DNA of 64,000 bases from the NCBI GenBank assembly GCA_951406725.2, contig OX597816.1, forward strand, positions 83,948,001 to 84,012,000, written 5' to 3'. The notes under the pieces were generated by a model. That model was not told where the DNA came from and made no database searches. It saw only the letters and a list, made by a program, of their open reading frames with translations. Both the position numbers and the translations under genes were made by a program. Positions within the stretch are counted from its first letter, which is position 1, and each line of letters opens with the position of its first letter. Positions 43,355 to 61,788 of the stretch are shown piece after piece. This stretch comes from Octopus vulgaris (Eukaryota).

Positions 43355-43580
43355 AAGATTGTTTCTAAATACTGGTAGAAAGCCAGCAATTTCAAGAAAG
43401 GGGTTTAGTCAGTACCTTCCAGCCCACTAATTGATTGGTACTTCATTTTATCGACCCCGAAAGGATAAACAGCAAATTTGACATCGACGTGGTTTGAACC
43501 CAGAGCATAAAAAATTGGAATAATTGCGACCTGGTATGTCTTCCCAGGCTCTAACGATTCTGCAAATCTACCCACCCTAA
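43355..43580 (-). mobile_element. diverged SINE family B, tail type B2
   Basis: TGGTACTTCATTTTATCGACCCCGAAAGGAT...TTTGAAC...CTAACGATTCTGC on the plus strand. Confidence 0.65.
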
Positions 43581-44301
43581 TAAAGATTTCTAAAGTAGGC
43601 AGAACGGTGGAATCAGTTCTACCCCTATGTTGAAGTCGAAGAATTGGTAACATGTTTAGCGGTTATTAGAATGCCTTATAATCGTTCTGGATCTTGCATT
43701 TAGTTTCACATGCCTAAAAGGTATCATTTCAGGGTCGGTAATTAAAGTTCTGTTCATGTACTGAAGCCAATTTTCTCTCCTCTCATTCTCTTAACTTTTG
43801 TGATGCAGCCAGCTTCGTCTAGGAATGGGCACCTCCATGATTTAGAAGCTATAGATACTCGGTGACCTCCCTAGGACTCTCCTGTGAGTTGAGGGCGTAA
43901 AGAAAGCAACGAAGCTGAATAATAACTATTTTATCTACCACTGAAATATCAAAGGTAAAGTAAACTCCGGATACCACATAACAAGACTGAATTTTAACAC
44001 AGAAGTATCTTCCGTTTATGCTATTCTACATTGATAAGCTCTTTCGAACATCGACATTAAGCAATCTCAAATGTATTTGACACTTAATCGGGTGAGTGCT
44101 TGTGTTTCCCAGATGTTATAAATATCTACTTATTCCGTTTAGGAAAGTCTCCAGCGGTACTTGGAATAATCCTTTCAAATCAAACCAATTGCAATTTTTC
44201 AATCTTAGAGAAATAGAGAATATTCGACTGATTGTCTAGTAGTTAGGTCATCAATCCCGGAAAGATGAAAGGTACAATCGCCATAGAGTGATATATATAT
44301 C

Positions 44302-44342
44302 TAATAATAATAATAATAATAATGATAATAATAATAATAATG

Positions 44343-44373
<31 letters not shown>

Positions 44374-44390
44374 TGATAACAATAAGAATG

Positions 44391-44451
<61 letters not shown>

Positions 44452-44525
44452 TGATAACAATAATAATGATAATAATGATAATAATGATAATAATAATAAT
44501 AATAATGATAATAATAATAATAATG

Positions 44526-44580
<55 letters not shown>
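44302..44580. repeat. (AAT)n tract of about 280 bp with GAT/AAC interruptions
   Basis: Direct inspection. Confidence 0.95.
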
Positions 44581-44581
<1 letters not shown>

Positions 44582-44629
44582 GATTTTTACTATTAATAAT
44601 AGAATTAATAATGACAATCATTATTGTTA

Positions 44630-45242
44630 TTAATTCTAATTTTGGCACAAACCAGCAGTTTTTAGAGGAGGGGTAGTCCTCTACATCGATCCAAGTACTT
44701 GACTGGTGCTTTATTTGATCAACCACGAAAGGGTTAAAGCAAAGCCTACATTGTCGGAATCTGAATTCAGAACGTAAAATCGAAACAAATGCCACTAAGC
44801 AATTTAATCTGGCGTACTAACGATTCAGTCAGCTCACCGTCCATTAGTAATAATAATAACAAAAACAATAATAATAATAATTTGCACAAGGCCAGCAGAT
44901 ATGAAAGGTGGGGATGATTCGATTACATCGACCTAGTACTTGCCCCATACTTTATTTTATCGAACCCGAAAGGATGAAGGGGTAAGTCGACATGATAACA
45001 GCAAAAAAAACATGTCGTCTTCTGTAAATCCATTCACATCGAGTATGTATTGTCAAAGGAATAATTTTCGACACCAGTACACTTATAACTGATGTTCTAA
45101 TTTTATCTGAACTCGGCAGAATTAAAGTTTTGGACACAAACGATCACAGAAAACAAATCTTACAGTAATTTCAAAGCACTAACCGTTCTTTTTCTACAAA
45201 GTAATCTCCTGATTATTCAATTTTAAAACAACAACAACAACA

Positions 45243-45305
<63 letters not shown>

Positions 45306-45425
45306 CCTTTCTACTATAGGCCTGAAATTTTTTTGTGGGGAGGGGAGTAGTCGATTAAATCGAACCCAGTGTTTCACTGGTACTTAATTTATCGACCCCA
45401 AATGGATGAAAGGGCAAAGTGGACC

Positions 45426-45456
<31 letters not shown>

Positions 45457-45670
45457 CCTTTCTATTACCAGCACAAGGCAAGAAATTTTATGGGGTACGT
45501 ATTAACCGTTTACATCGACACCAGTGCTTGACGTGTACTTTATTATATAGACCCCGAAGGGTGAAATGCTAAGTCAACCTCGGCAGAATTTGAACTCTGA
45601 ACATTAAGACAGACGAAATACTTCTAAACATTTTGCCCGGTGTGCTAGCTATTCCACCAGCTCGCTGCCC
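44630..45670 (-). mobile_element. cluster of SINE family B2 copies (44630-44845, 44880-44995, 45305-45425, 45455-45670), all on the same strand and separated by (AAT)n
   Basis: Each shows GCACAAGGC/CCTTTCTA...TACATCGA...GTACT..ATCGACCCC..GGATGAA..AAGTCGAC on the plus strand. Confidence 0.8.
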
Positions 45671-45716
45671 AAATAAAAATAATAATAATAATAATAATAA
45701 TAACTATGACGACAAC

Positions 45717-45757
<41 letters not shown>

Positions 45758-46303
45758 CGAAGACAAAAAATGTGACTGTGTCAGGTCGCGAAGAAACAGT
45801 TTCAATACATGGGTCTGTCTTCTTCATAATCTGTCATATATGCATTTCTTTATATCTAAAATGTTAACACCAGTTGTTAAAGACGTTGATGATGATTTTG
45901 TTGTTGTCCTGGTCGATGTTGTTTTTATTTAGCTCCAAGATGAAATTTATTATGGATGGAAATAATGAAAGATTCCCACCTGAAATATCCCGTCTTGTTT
46001 TTTTTTTTTCTTCCTTTTTTGTATATATATGGCTAATTAGATTGTTCAGTTTGTTAAATATATTGGTAAAGTTACAAATGAAATCATGAATATCGCAGAT
46101 TGTTCTCCTAACCCTGGGATATTTATAGTGTAAGAACAGTTTTGTTAGATTTTGTGATGTTAGACTGCAAAAACATTAGTTAATTAGATTGTAATTTTAA
46201 GTTCAGAAAACTAACTAATGTACACATATATTTCATTCATTCAACCACACGTTTCTACATACATTCATACACATACGCACACTACACACGCATATAAATA
46301 TAT

Positions 46304-46347
<44 letters not shown>

Positions 46348-46393
46348 ATTTATGTATGCATATACCTCAAGATTCAGTTGGATAAGGTACTTA

Positions 46394-46430
46394 AAGCTGA
46401 GGCACCTGGTAGGTCGAAACAGATGTCCTT
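46394..46430 (+). ncRNA. degenerate minimal hammerhead motif (Penelope-type)
   Basis: AAG-CTGAGGC-ACCT ggt AGGT-C-GAAAC-AGAT-GTC-CTT. Stem I is AAG/CTT, stem II is ACCT/AGGT, the triplet is GUC. The core differs from CUGANGA at one position. Confidence 0.5.
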
Positions 46431-46622
46431 GATTCTAAAATTCTTGTATTCATCTGAAGAAAATGTTTTTTTATAATGATGTAATGTACTCATTGATGAA
46501 TTAAAAAATTCGTTAGAAACGGCTGTAATGAATTGACACCTGTTCATCAATTGTTATACACAGACACATACAGAGTCACATACACATGCACATATATATA
46601 TGTATGTGTGTATACGGATATG

Positions 46623-46724
<102 letters not shown>

Positions 46725-47331
46725 CGTGTATGTGTGTATATATACACTTATGTACATACATTCGTACCAACATACATGCATAAACTTACACACTCGCACG
46801 CACACATGTATGTGCATATATGTACAAGCAAACATACATATGTACATATATTCACAAGACAAACACACCTATACATATTGTATGATATTAACATATACAG
46901 AAACATACATTCATTTATAAACACATAGTTACGGAAACGCAAATGAACACACACAAACAAATGCACATACGGGCTTACACACATACATAGAAAGATACAT
47001 ACATACGTACATACATATATACATACACACATAAATGCATACATACATACTTATATACATGTATGAATGTGTGTACGTATACAAATGTACACATAAATAT
47101 ACCGTAGCAAAGCATACACTCTTATACACATAGAGTGATAACGAAAGAAATATCTGCTACAATCTTCTACACATTCTCTCATATTAATTTAAATACTGTT
47201 CCATGTAGCTGCACACATCTACCCGTATATCGATGAACACATAGGCACAGGTGTAAATACGCACCCGCATTTATGTGTGTATATGGGTGTTTGTGTGTGT
47301 ACGTGTGTGTGAGTGTGTATTTATATATGTT

Positions 47332-47735
47332 AGGCGTAGCAGTGGCTGTGTGGTAAGTAGCTTGCTAACCAGCCACATGGTTCCGGGTTCAGTCCCATCT
47401 TGGGCAAGTGTCTTCTGCTATAGCCCCGGGCCGACCAAAGCCTTGTGAGTGGATTTGGTTGACGGAAACTGAAAGAAGCCTGTCGTATATATGTATATAT
47501 ATGTGTGTATGTATGTGTGTGTGTTTGTGTGTCTGTGTTTGTCCCCCTAGCATTGCTTGACAACCGATGCTGGTGTGTTTACGTTCCCGTCACTTAGCGG
47601 TTCGGCAAAAAGAGACCGATAGAATAAGTACTGGGCTTACAAAGAATAAGTCCCGGGGTCGATTTGCTCGACTAAATGCGGTGCTCCAGCATGGCCGCAG
47701 TCAAATGACTGAAACAAGTAAAAGAGTAAAGAGAG
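47332..47735 (+). mobile_element. SINE family A, full length
   Basis: Complete copy with a small deletion after the B box. Confidence 0.93.
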
Positions 47736-47923
47736 TTATGTATAAACATTTTGTAAAGTAGGGTACGCACGCATGAAATAACACCCGGCGTTTGTAACAT
47801 AGGTACTTATATACTAGAAACCACCAACACCTAAGCTAGACAGGCAGACAACTACACAGAACGAGACACAAGTCAAGAAAGAGACTTACGTAGATAGATT
47901 GATAAAGTTGCGTTCGACCTGAG

Positions 47924-47966
<43 letters not shown>

Positions 47967-48137
47967 TGTGTGTGTGTGTACGCGTGTGTATAAATATATG
48001 TATGTATTATATATGTATATATACAGGACATTGTGTGTACGCATGGGATTGAGTGTGTTTCTGTGAGTGTGAGTGTTTGTCTATCTGTCTGTTTCTGTCT
48101 GTCTCTCTCTATCTCTTTCTCTGTGTATGTGTATGTA

Positions 48138-48194
<57 letters not shown>

Positions 48195-48254
48195 TGCATC
48201 AGCATGGCCGCAGCTCTGAGCTGAAACAAGAAAAACGAAAAACGAATATATATA

Positions 48255-48372
<118 letters not shown>

Positions 48373-49545
48373 TCTTGTTTTGGTACTGCATATTATGAGT
48401 TGAAGGCCTTATTGTTAACAAATCACTTTACATTTGAAAGATCCAGCACCTAACGGAGAAGCGAGTGAGACTGTGAGATTTTAAGAAGTAAAATAAACAG
48501 GGGCCTATGGCTCCACAGGTACACACACACACACGCATATATGTGTATGTATGTGTGTGTGTGCGTGTGTGTGTATATATGTTTTTAGTGAATGTCTGTA
48601 TACAATGTATAATATACACGGATATGGTTATCTCGACCCTGACTTAGGGTCCTTATTAACAACATACCTCAATTCAAATAAATCCTGCAAATAATTAATT
48701 ATAAATATATTTATGTATATGCAGACATCATAATCTGTAAATTGAATACATGGGAAATATAATTATATGCAAAAAATACAATTGCAAAAACAAACGAACA
48801 TAACCACGCAGGCACGCATGACATATATATATAATAACACACATATATATATATATATATGTATGTATATGTTATTATAAGGTAAAAATGCATGTCAACA
48901 AGCAACGTTAAATACTACAGAGTAGAATAAGTTACACATATATGCAAAGCGAAGGAAAATACAATGACAGGGGAGGGGGAGAAAAACCATAAAAAAAGAG
49001 GGAGTGTATATATATATATATATGTATATGTATATATTTAAAGTAATATACCTACCAAACTTCCATCCATACTATGTTCTCCGTGTGACATGGTTGATCT
49101 TTTGTATTTGTATATATTTTACAATATATATATGTATATATACTTATATATTATATTGTAGTATTATGAATGCGTATAGTTGGGTTTTTTTCTCAAATGT
49201 TTCTTAATATATACATATATATATAAAGTTATATATGTATATATATATGTGTGTGTGTGCGCGTGTATGTGTGTGTATATATATATATGTGCAGTACTTC
49301 CTTTTTTTACCTTTATATTTCTCTGGGTTTTTTTTTAAATATTTGTTTTTGTTTTAATCTTCGGTAATCTTTGTCAAAATAATCATACTTTCATGTTTGG
49401 TTGCTTTTTTTTTTCTTTTCCTTTCGTCTTGTAAATAAAATGCCGAACTTCACTCGAAGGTATCAGAGTATAATATAAATATATATACGTGTATATATTG
49501 ATATATGTAAATAAATATATGCGTGTATATATCTATTTTTAAATA

Positions 49546-49577
<32 letters not shown>

Positions 49578-50139
49578 AAACTGAGAGAATTAGATAAGTG
49601 AGAGATCGAGTGAGAAATGAGAATGAGAGAGAGAGAGAGAAAAATACGAGAGAATGAAAAGCAGATAGATTTAGCGAAGTATATAAATTTATACGTTAAT
49701 CTATCTCCGATCACTCACTCTACTTATATATATATATATATATATTTTGGATGTAAATATACATACATATATACAGATATATATTTATATATATATACAC
49801 TTCTTCCTTATATATTCATGTTGTTCATATGATGATTGTTGCTCACAGAAAAAAAAGTTTTTGTTCCGATATTATTATGTCGTTCTTTCTTGTTTTTTGT
49901 TTTTTTATACTTCACATTGGTGGTAATTATGATGATGATGATTATGATGATGATACTGATGACGATTATGATGATGACGACGATTAAGATGTTGACAATA
50001 ATAATGCTGATAATAGTAATAATAATATCCCGTAGAAGCCATCGTACTTGACTGGAAATTAATTTATGCGCTGTTTTTTTCTCTTGCTGTAATCACTGAA
50101 TATGCCTCTGCTGCGTATATGCGTGTATATATATTTGTG

Positions 50140-50181
<42 letters not shown>

Positions 50182-50411
50182 CATGTGTGTGAGTGCGTGT
50201 GTGTGTATGTTTGTGTATGTATGTGTGTACGTGCACTGCGCGTGTTGTCTTCAAAAATGTGCATGTGCGCCTTCGTACACACACGCACACACAGACACAC
50301 ACACATATATATATGTATGTATATATATATATGTATGTGTATGTATGTATGTGTCTGTGTGTATGCGTGTGAGTGTGTGCGTGTGCGAATGTATATATAT
50401 TTCTATATATA

Positions 50412-50460
<49 letters not shown>

Positions 50461-50699
50461 ATGTATGCGTCGTGTCTGAATCACGTGGCTTACTTTTTAA
50501 CGTTGTTCTCCGCAGAAAGGCTGGAATCAAAGTGTATATATGCGCGCGCCTCAATATCAAATGTTGGTATTTAATGCGACTGGTCCGTTTCATACAGATT
50601 GCACACCGCCGTCGCCTCTACGCGCCCATACACTCATCAGAGATCCCACCCCTCCATTCTCCCCTATTATACACACACACACACACATATAGACATCAC

Positions 50700-53600
<2,901 letters not shown>

Positions 53601-53806
53601 AAAGCCGAACCACCCTGCCAGCAGCTATTTGTCCGAATATTTTGAAATGTAAAATGTACGTTTTTATTAAACAGATCTCGCAATGAAGACGAAATAAATT
53701 TAGTTAACTAATTACTTACTACGGATATATTTCTGTAGACAGAAAAATATAAGAACTATTTGACTAGGTTTCAGTTTTCATGAATCGTTATGACGGATAG
53801 ATATCT

Positions 53807-54228
53807 CTCTTTTACTCTTTTTACTCTTTTACTTGTTTCAGTCATTTGACTGCGGCCATGCTGGAGCACCGCCTTTAGTCGAGCAAATCGACCCCAGGAT
53901 TTATTCTTTGTAAGCCTAGTACTTATTTTATCGGTCTGTTTTGCCAAACTGCTAGGTTACGGGGACGTAAACACACCAGCATCGGTTGTCAGTCGATGTT
54001 GGAGGTACAATCACAGACACATAAACATATAAACGCACATACATATATATATATATACATATATACGAAGGTCTTCTTTCAGTTTCCGTCTACCAAATCC
54101 ACTCACAAGGCTTTGGTCGGCCCGAGGCTATAGTAGAAGACACTTGCCCAAGGTGCCACGCTGTGGGACTGAACCCGAACCATGTGGTTCGTAAGCAAGC
54201 TATTTACCACACAGCCATTCCTACGCCT
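53807..54228 (-). mobile_element. SINE family A, full length, with three tail repeats
   Basis: Complete copy. Confidence 0.94.
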
Positions 54229-54417
54229 ATCTGTCCATGGAGATGTTAGTAGCTTATAACTAGTTATAATATATAAAAACTGGGACTCATATAAATTGAG
54301 CAGTCTAATTTGCATAGCAGAGCATGCGCTGGCAATGCGAGTTAATTACGCTATAGAGCGTTTTCGGATAATTTGAAACAAAAGGTACTACTATTTTAAT
54401 AAAAAATACTTTATGAG

Positions 54418-54658
54418 AAGGCGGCGAGCTGGCAGAAACGTTAACACGCCGGACGAAATGCGTAGGCGTAATTTCGTCTGCCGTTACATTCTGAGTTCAA
54501 ATTCCGCAGAGGTCGACTTTGCCTTTCATCCTTTAGGGGTCAATAAATTAAGTACCAGTTACGCACTGGGGTTGATGTAATCGATTTAATCCGTTTGTCT
54601 GTCCTTGTTTGTCCCCTGTATGTCTAGCCCTTTGTGTATAATAAATAAAATAAAAAAA
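54418..54658 (+). mobile_element. SINE family B1, full length with 10-bp TSD
   Basis: AAGGCGGCGAGCTGGCAGAAACG head and A-rich tail. ACTTTATGAG occurs at 54408-54417 and 54659-54668. Confidence 0.92.
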
Positions 54659-56545
54659 ACTTTATGAGCTACGTTGTGCAAAGTTAAAGGGCTTATACCA
54701 TAGGTTTCGTCACTTAACCCTTTAATAATATAAGTGGGATCAATATGACTAATAATATAAGTGGGATCAACCTGCATTTGAAGATCAGAGGAATAATACT
54801 CAAATTTTGTATGAGAATACATGTATATGATAACACGCAGAGACTCTCTCTATCTCTCTCTCACACAGGCACGCACAAAGATACACACACAAACAAACAC
54901 ACAAATACACACACACGTAGACATACATAAACACACACACATCCACATGCACACACAAAAAATCTGTAAACTGTGTAAGAACAATATCAAAGATTTGGAA
55001 ACCAAAACCCAACGATAGCTTCTTCGTCAAAATAAAATTCTTCACCCGATGTCAGCAAGGAGGGAAAGGCGAAACTAAGGTGACGATATTATGGTGTCGT
55101 ATCTCTAAATAAAAATCCAAATTTTCCCCTATTACAGAAGAGTCTTTAGGGAAGTTGATGGTCTTCTCTCGTTAAAGAAACTAGACCTCTAACAATGGGA
55201 ATATCCTCTTTCCGGAAAATTCTGCTTGCTTTCATTTACTAAGTTTAAGTTACATATTATTGAAGGAACTAATGATCCCGCAATCATAATTTTCATTAGC
55301 TTTCTTCTTGAAGTTCAATAATTTGTTATGCTCACCTTATGGAAAACAGAAATAGACATTAAACTAAATAGGAAAATGTAACCACCTCAGGGATATTATG
55401 AACAACTCAACCAAGAACACTTCTCTGATTGTAATCATATCTACCTCAATCATTCATCAGATAATTATAATGGTGCTACTAAATAAATATATGACAACTC
55501 CATACGAATGGAAATTATGAAACCGTGTTATCTACAATACTACTCTTCAACTTAGACACTTGTTCACACAGGACATCCAATATTGTAAATTCAGCTTATA
55601 ATACGCCCTATTAAGTGGCCATACTACATGACTGTTCAATTTATGAAATCACCTACTAACAATAACTAAATTGCTCTTATTATACAATTATTATATCTAG
55701 CTTTTCATAACCTGAATTTTCTCATTCTAGAAGCTTTACGTATACTTTTAAAAAAATTATAGTTTATAATGTATATTTTCGTAGATTTTTACTTTTGCAG
55801 CCTATTTAAAATACATTCTATATAGACTAATATTTTCCTGTGTCGTTTATTGTTATTATTTTGTTATTTGTTTCTTTCATTTTATATGTTTTTCCCTAGT
55901 TTTCCTCATAACTGGTACTTTTTACCGTTTTGTCTAGAGACCACGTGTTTCTTACTGTATTTGTCTTCTTTTTCTGTTCATGTTCGTCTCTCATGTCCGC
56001 CAGCATCTTATGTTCCTAACACCGCCATATTGAACAATCTTATCGTAAGGTGTCGAGTGTATGATGCTTGGTAGATAACTGATGGGGAATGGAGCATGCC
56101 CGAGTCCATTGTATGTGTTTTCCCTGATTTTCCGCCATTCCTTTATAGTCACCCTGTGCCATGTGCCAGTTATACAATTATACAGTTATAACTTATAGAA
56201 TTTATAAAACTGATGAAACCATTTATATCCTACACCTGGCACTTCATACACATTATACCTTACCCATTATATCATTTACCCATTGTAAAACCATCACTTT
56301 TCCCTTTCCTACACATTCATCTTCACCCATGTAGACCTACACTGTTAAATAAAAATCTATATATCCAAATAATGCTCACCGAGAGGGGAAGCCAATTTAA
56401 ATCTATTTATACTTTGTCACTAAACTGTCAAGTATATATATATGTGTGTGTATGTGTTTGTATGTATGTGTGTATGTATATATGTATATATATATATGTA
56501 TATATATATTTATACATATATATATATATATGTATATTTTATGTA

Positions 56546-56609
<64 letters not shown>

Positions 56610-56660
56610 AGGTTGAAAAGGAACACACGAGTTCATATATATATGGAAAAAAAGTCAACT

Positions 56661-56763
56661 TAGAAAATGCTGAAATCATTTTATAAAAAACATTTCAGTA
56701 CCAGTTTCAGTGACTGAATCCGGTGCTGAAATATTTTTTATAAAATTATTTTAGCTTTTTCTA
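56661..56763. repeat. imperfect fold-back with arms of about 50 bp
   Basis: TAGAAAATGCTGAAATCATTTTATAAAAAACATTTCAGTACCAGTTTCAGT / ACTGAATCCGGTGCTGAAATATTTTTTATAAAATTATTTTAGCTTTTTCTA. Confidence 0.8.
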
Positions 56764-57120
56764 CTTTATATACATACATCTCTCTCAAATAGATAAGCGC
56801 TGATTGATAGAGTAATCACAGCAACACTCACTCCTTTCTTAGTTAAATATATCAACGATATATAATTATAGCCCAAAAGATACAATGTTCAATACTTTGT
56901 ATCCTTCCATACATAACCTATTTATATTCCATAAGTGTTTCTAAGAGACATGGTTAATCACACTCTCAGACAACAAACTCATAACGAAGCTCTTCCCTCC
57001 ATAAGGACTTGTGTGTTCGGCCGTGGATCAGCTGAATTACTAGAGAATCGGAAAGACAGTTATGTTAATAAAATAATAAAGTTTACATACCTGTAAATTA
57101 GATATGAATGAAATACATTC

Positions 57121-57344
57121 AATAATAATCCTTTCTACTATAAGTACAAGGCCTGAAACATTGGGATGGATGCCAGTCGATTACACTGGCCTGAGTGTTT
57201 CGCTGGTACTCAATTCATCGATTCCCGAAAGGATTAAAGGCAAAGCCGAACTTGGCAGAATTTGAAATCATAACGTAAAGACGGTCGAAATGCTGCTAAG
57301 CATTTTGCCCGGTGTGCTAACGATTCTGCCCGCTCGCGGCCTTA
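57121..57344 (-). mobile_element. SINE family B2, full length
   Basis: Head reads TGCCCGCTCGCGGCCTT and tail AATAATCCTTTCTACTATAAGTACAAGGCCTGAAA on the plus strand. Confidence 0.85.
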
Positions 57345-57359
57345 ATGCATTGTATAATA

Positions 57360-57408
<49 letters not shown>

Positions 57409-57423
57409 TAATAATAATAATAA

Positions 57424-57629
57424 GACAAATACATAACAAAAACACCAGGACTTACAAACACATATAACATACAGAAAATTGCACTACTAGGCACTGCACA
57501 CATCCTACGCAGAACACTTTCCATACAATAACCATCAGAGCATCACAACAAATCACAGCACATACCCAAGGCACACAGAGCTGTGCTCGGTAGTGAAGTG
57601 AAAGCACGCTATAAAAATAAAACTACTGA

Positions 57630-57630
<1 letters not shown>
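57424..57630 (+). mobile_element. R4/Dong-like RLE non-LTR retrotransposon 3' end in (TAA)n
   Basis: DKYITKTPGLTNTYNIQKIALLGTAHILRRTLSIQ* (57424-57531) matches the QK..LLGTA.ILR..L C-terminal motif of RLE-bearing elements. TAA repeats lie on both sides. Confidence 0.75.
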
Positions 57631-58740
<1,110 letters not shown>

Positions 58741-59883
58741 TAGTTATTATTTCTCTTTTTTTTTAAATCCTTGCCTTCAAACATTCATACGGGAGTAACC
58801 ATCATCATTATTATTATAAAATGCATTTCATACATTACTAAGTTATAGGTATGTAAGCTTTTTTTTTTAATATTATTAACGTAAAGTATTTTCCATTCCC
58901 ATTACATAACTACCTTTCAAAATACTTAAAACTTGTGTTTTTTTCATAACGTTACACAAAATATTCCTAATATCGTTATGTGCCTGCTTCACGGCTTGTC
59001 AAAATGATTCACCGAACTCCTTTGCATAGTCAGTATTTCAGTATAACTTTTTCATTATTCCAACTGTTCCTAAGATGAAAAACAGGATGTTTGTAAGTAA
59101 TTAAGCTTTTAACTAAGGAAAAAATTTACACTCAAATTTCCTCATAAATTACTTATTTCTTCCCAAGCTTAAACACAGACATTAAATATGTGTGTATTAA
59201 TCGCCTCTTGATATTTTAAATTCTTAACATGAAATGTTCCTGGTAGAGAACTCTAGATGCATTTTCATTTCAAGAGAGGCTATATTCGGTTCGTTATATA
59301 TGCGCTAGTTCCATGTCCCTTCAACGTTGTCACCGTTTTAAATTCAAAATTTCGTGACCGAAAGCTATACTGAGGCTTCAGATGTACCTGTGTCGTCCAC
59401 AAACTGAAGAAGCGTGTAATCGCAGAAACATTAAGATGTCTGGAAGGTTAACGAATATTGACATATTTTCCTTAAATTTACACATTCCATCTAACCGTTA
59501 CACATAGTGCAATGCCAGCGAGCGGTGTGTAAATGAATTAAAATTTGCTATGGGCAAAACATTGTGCCCACTAACTATAGATCTTACACACGCACACACA
59601 CACATTCACACAGACAGACAGACAGACAGACACACACACACACACACTCAAACTTATGTATTTATGTAAACGCTATAAAGCGCGACACGTAACTAAATTT
59701 CCAACTTAGTAGCAAGTTCCTCATTCCACTCCAGTATGTAGTGCAATACGGCGCGTGGCATCAAACGATGGAATAAGATAGTATAACAGGGTATTATGCA
59801 ATTCTAGCAGTAATTTTCCGAAACGCGTATATGCTTTATAAAGCATAAAATACTATATATACTTTCTGTATTTCATCAATACT

Positions 59884-59928
<45 letters not shown>

Positions 59929-60209
59929 CTTTCTAGTGCATTCAATATATTTCACATCCAAAGATTTGGCTGCTATTTCTAGCACGCCCTGCTACCAAAT
60001 CTTTCCTTTTTCTGGGGAAAGGAACCGTTTACGCGTGATTTCGATGCCACATTCGTTGAAAGCATGCCAAACAACCTGGAAAAAAAGCCTACGAAACAAA
60101 ACTCCGTTGCTGGAAAACTCAGACTTTCCCGGTACCTTGAATTATTGGTGACCCAAAGGGTCATGTATAGTCTAGTATATGTATGTATGTATGAATGTAT
60201 GTATGTATG

Positions 60210-60240
<31 letters not shown>

Positions 60241-60835
60241 GTTTAGAAATCCATGTAAGTGTGTGTATATGTGTGTGTGTGATGGTGTGTGTAATAAAGC
60301 AACAAAAATTAATATGTGAAAGCTGCTTGGATTTGGAGGTGAATGCTACTTTAAGTTAGATTTCAGACAGAACAAAATGATTCCTTCAGCATGTGAACTG
60401 AAATAAATATTGATTGAAAAAGAAATACATTACCCCATACATGCCCTCTAGAAATGTTTTATAAAAGTAGCAATATTTTCAGTAATGCTTCTACATATTT
60501 TTTTCATAGTTTCAGGTTATTCATCATGTAAAATCTCTTACCCACTCTCTCTCTCTCTCTCTCGCACGCACATACACTTGCACACGTAGGTACGTAAACG
60601 TACAGACAAATGAAAACTACCAGTATATTCATTACAGTTGCGCATAGTGAATCCATCCTCAGAAAATTGTATAAAATATGTATTTTACTCCTAAACAAAT
60701 ATTTTACAAAACCAGAATATTGTTTTTAGACAATGACGGTGCTCCAGCATGTCCACAATATTTGGAACACAAAGTGGAGTAATAGCTTCATGCCATATAA
60801 GATATATATACACATAGGCACCAGCCACACACGCT

Positions 60836-60995
60836 GGCGTGGAGGAGTGATAAGAAGTTTGCTTGCCAACCACACGGTTGTGGATTCAGTCTCACAGCTC
60901 GAGACTTTGGCAAGAGTCTTCCATTATAGCCTCGGGCAGACCAAAGACTTGTGAATGGATTTGGTTGACGGAAAACTGAAAGAATCGCGTCGTAT
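60836..60995 (+). mobile_element. SINE family A 5' half, diverged
   Basis: GGCGTGGAGGAGTGATAAGAAGTTTGCTTGCCAACCAC...GGATTTGGTTGACGGAAAACTGAAAGAA. Confidence 0.8.
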
Positions 60996-61054
60996 ACATA
61001 TACATACATACATACATGCAAACATACGTACATACATACTTACATACATACACA

Positions 61055-61111
<57 letters not shown>

Positions 61112-61573
61112 GAAAAATTGAAAACGGAGAAAAACGCTCAAGATGTTATTAAATCATTCATACCTTTATATGATCGACATATATTTCGATCGTTGCATTC
61201 AAAATCCATCCGACAGGATGAATAATGTGGAGCAATGCATCAACCTTATCAGGGAGGATATAAACAACAGTGCTCATCAAATAGACATTTAAAAAAATAT
61301 ATTAAAATGTTGAGCAATTGTCTCCACTTTCAATTTTTCCTATATTATAAATACGTCTCGCTTCTTCCCGGAATTAACTCCCACAGGTGTGGTCATTGAT
61401 TCCTGGGATATTTAAGCGACATTTGGCTACCTTGTTATTATTCCCCTGCATATATATATATATATAGAAATTCGGGGTGAGTACTTGATAATTGTAAGCA
61501 CCTGTATATACTGTTTGGTGGTGTAGGTGGTGGAGTAAATTGATCAAAATAAAAACATGATGCCAAGGATTCA

Positions 61574-61651
61574 GCGGTACATATGTTTCGGGCCTTTATT
61601 AGACAGATTTATAACAATGCATAATGTATGTCTGTGGCCTTCTTCAGCCGC
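61574..61651 (-). ncRNA. type I hammerhead ribozyme motif (left arm)
   Basis: Reverse-complement copy of 61789-61866. Confidence 0.75.
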
Positions 61652-61788
61652 GCACAACAACTTCCACAAGGACATGTGTTACATCAAAAATTCTTGGTTA
61701 CATCAAAAATTCGTACGCGAATGAGAGGATTTGCATCCCCAACCAAGAATTTTTGATGTAACACATGTCCTTGTAGAAGTTGTTGTGC

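Noticed and set aside
44952-45137. Paired near-identical small ORFs (with 57719-57901) suggesting a small gene family
   Set aside because: They lie in duplicated, partly SINE-derived sequence with non-ATG or inconsistent starts. The similarity is explained by the duplication.
49890-50045. 45-codon His/Tyr-rich minus-strand ORF starting MASTGYYYY
   Set aside because: It derives from degenerate (ATG/ATA)n trinucleotide repeats, with no independent support.
61727-61740. 14-bp match GGATTTGCATCCCC to the reverse complement of about 8855-8868
   Set aside because: It is a single short match with no extension, so a relationship cannot be supported.
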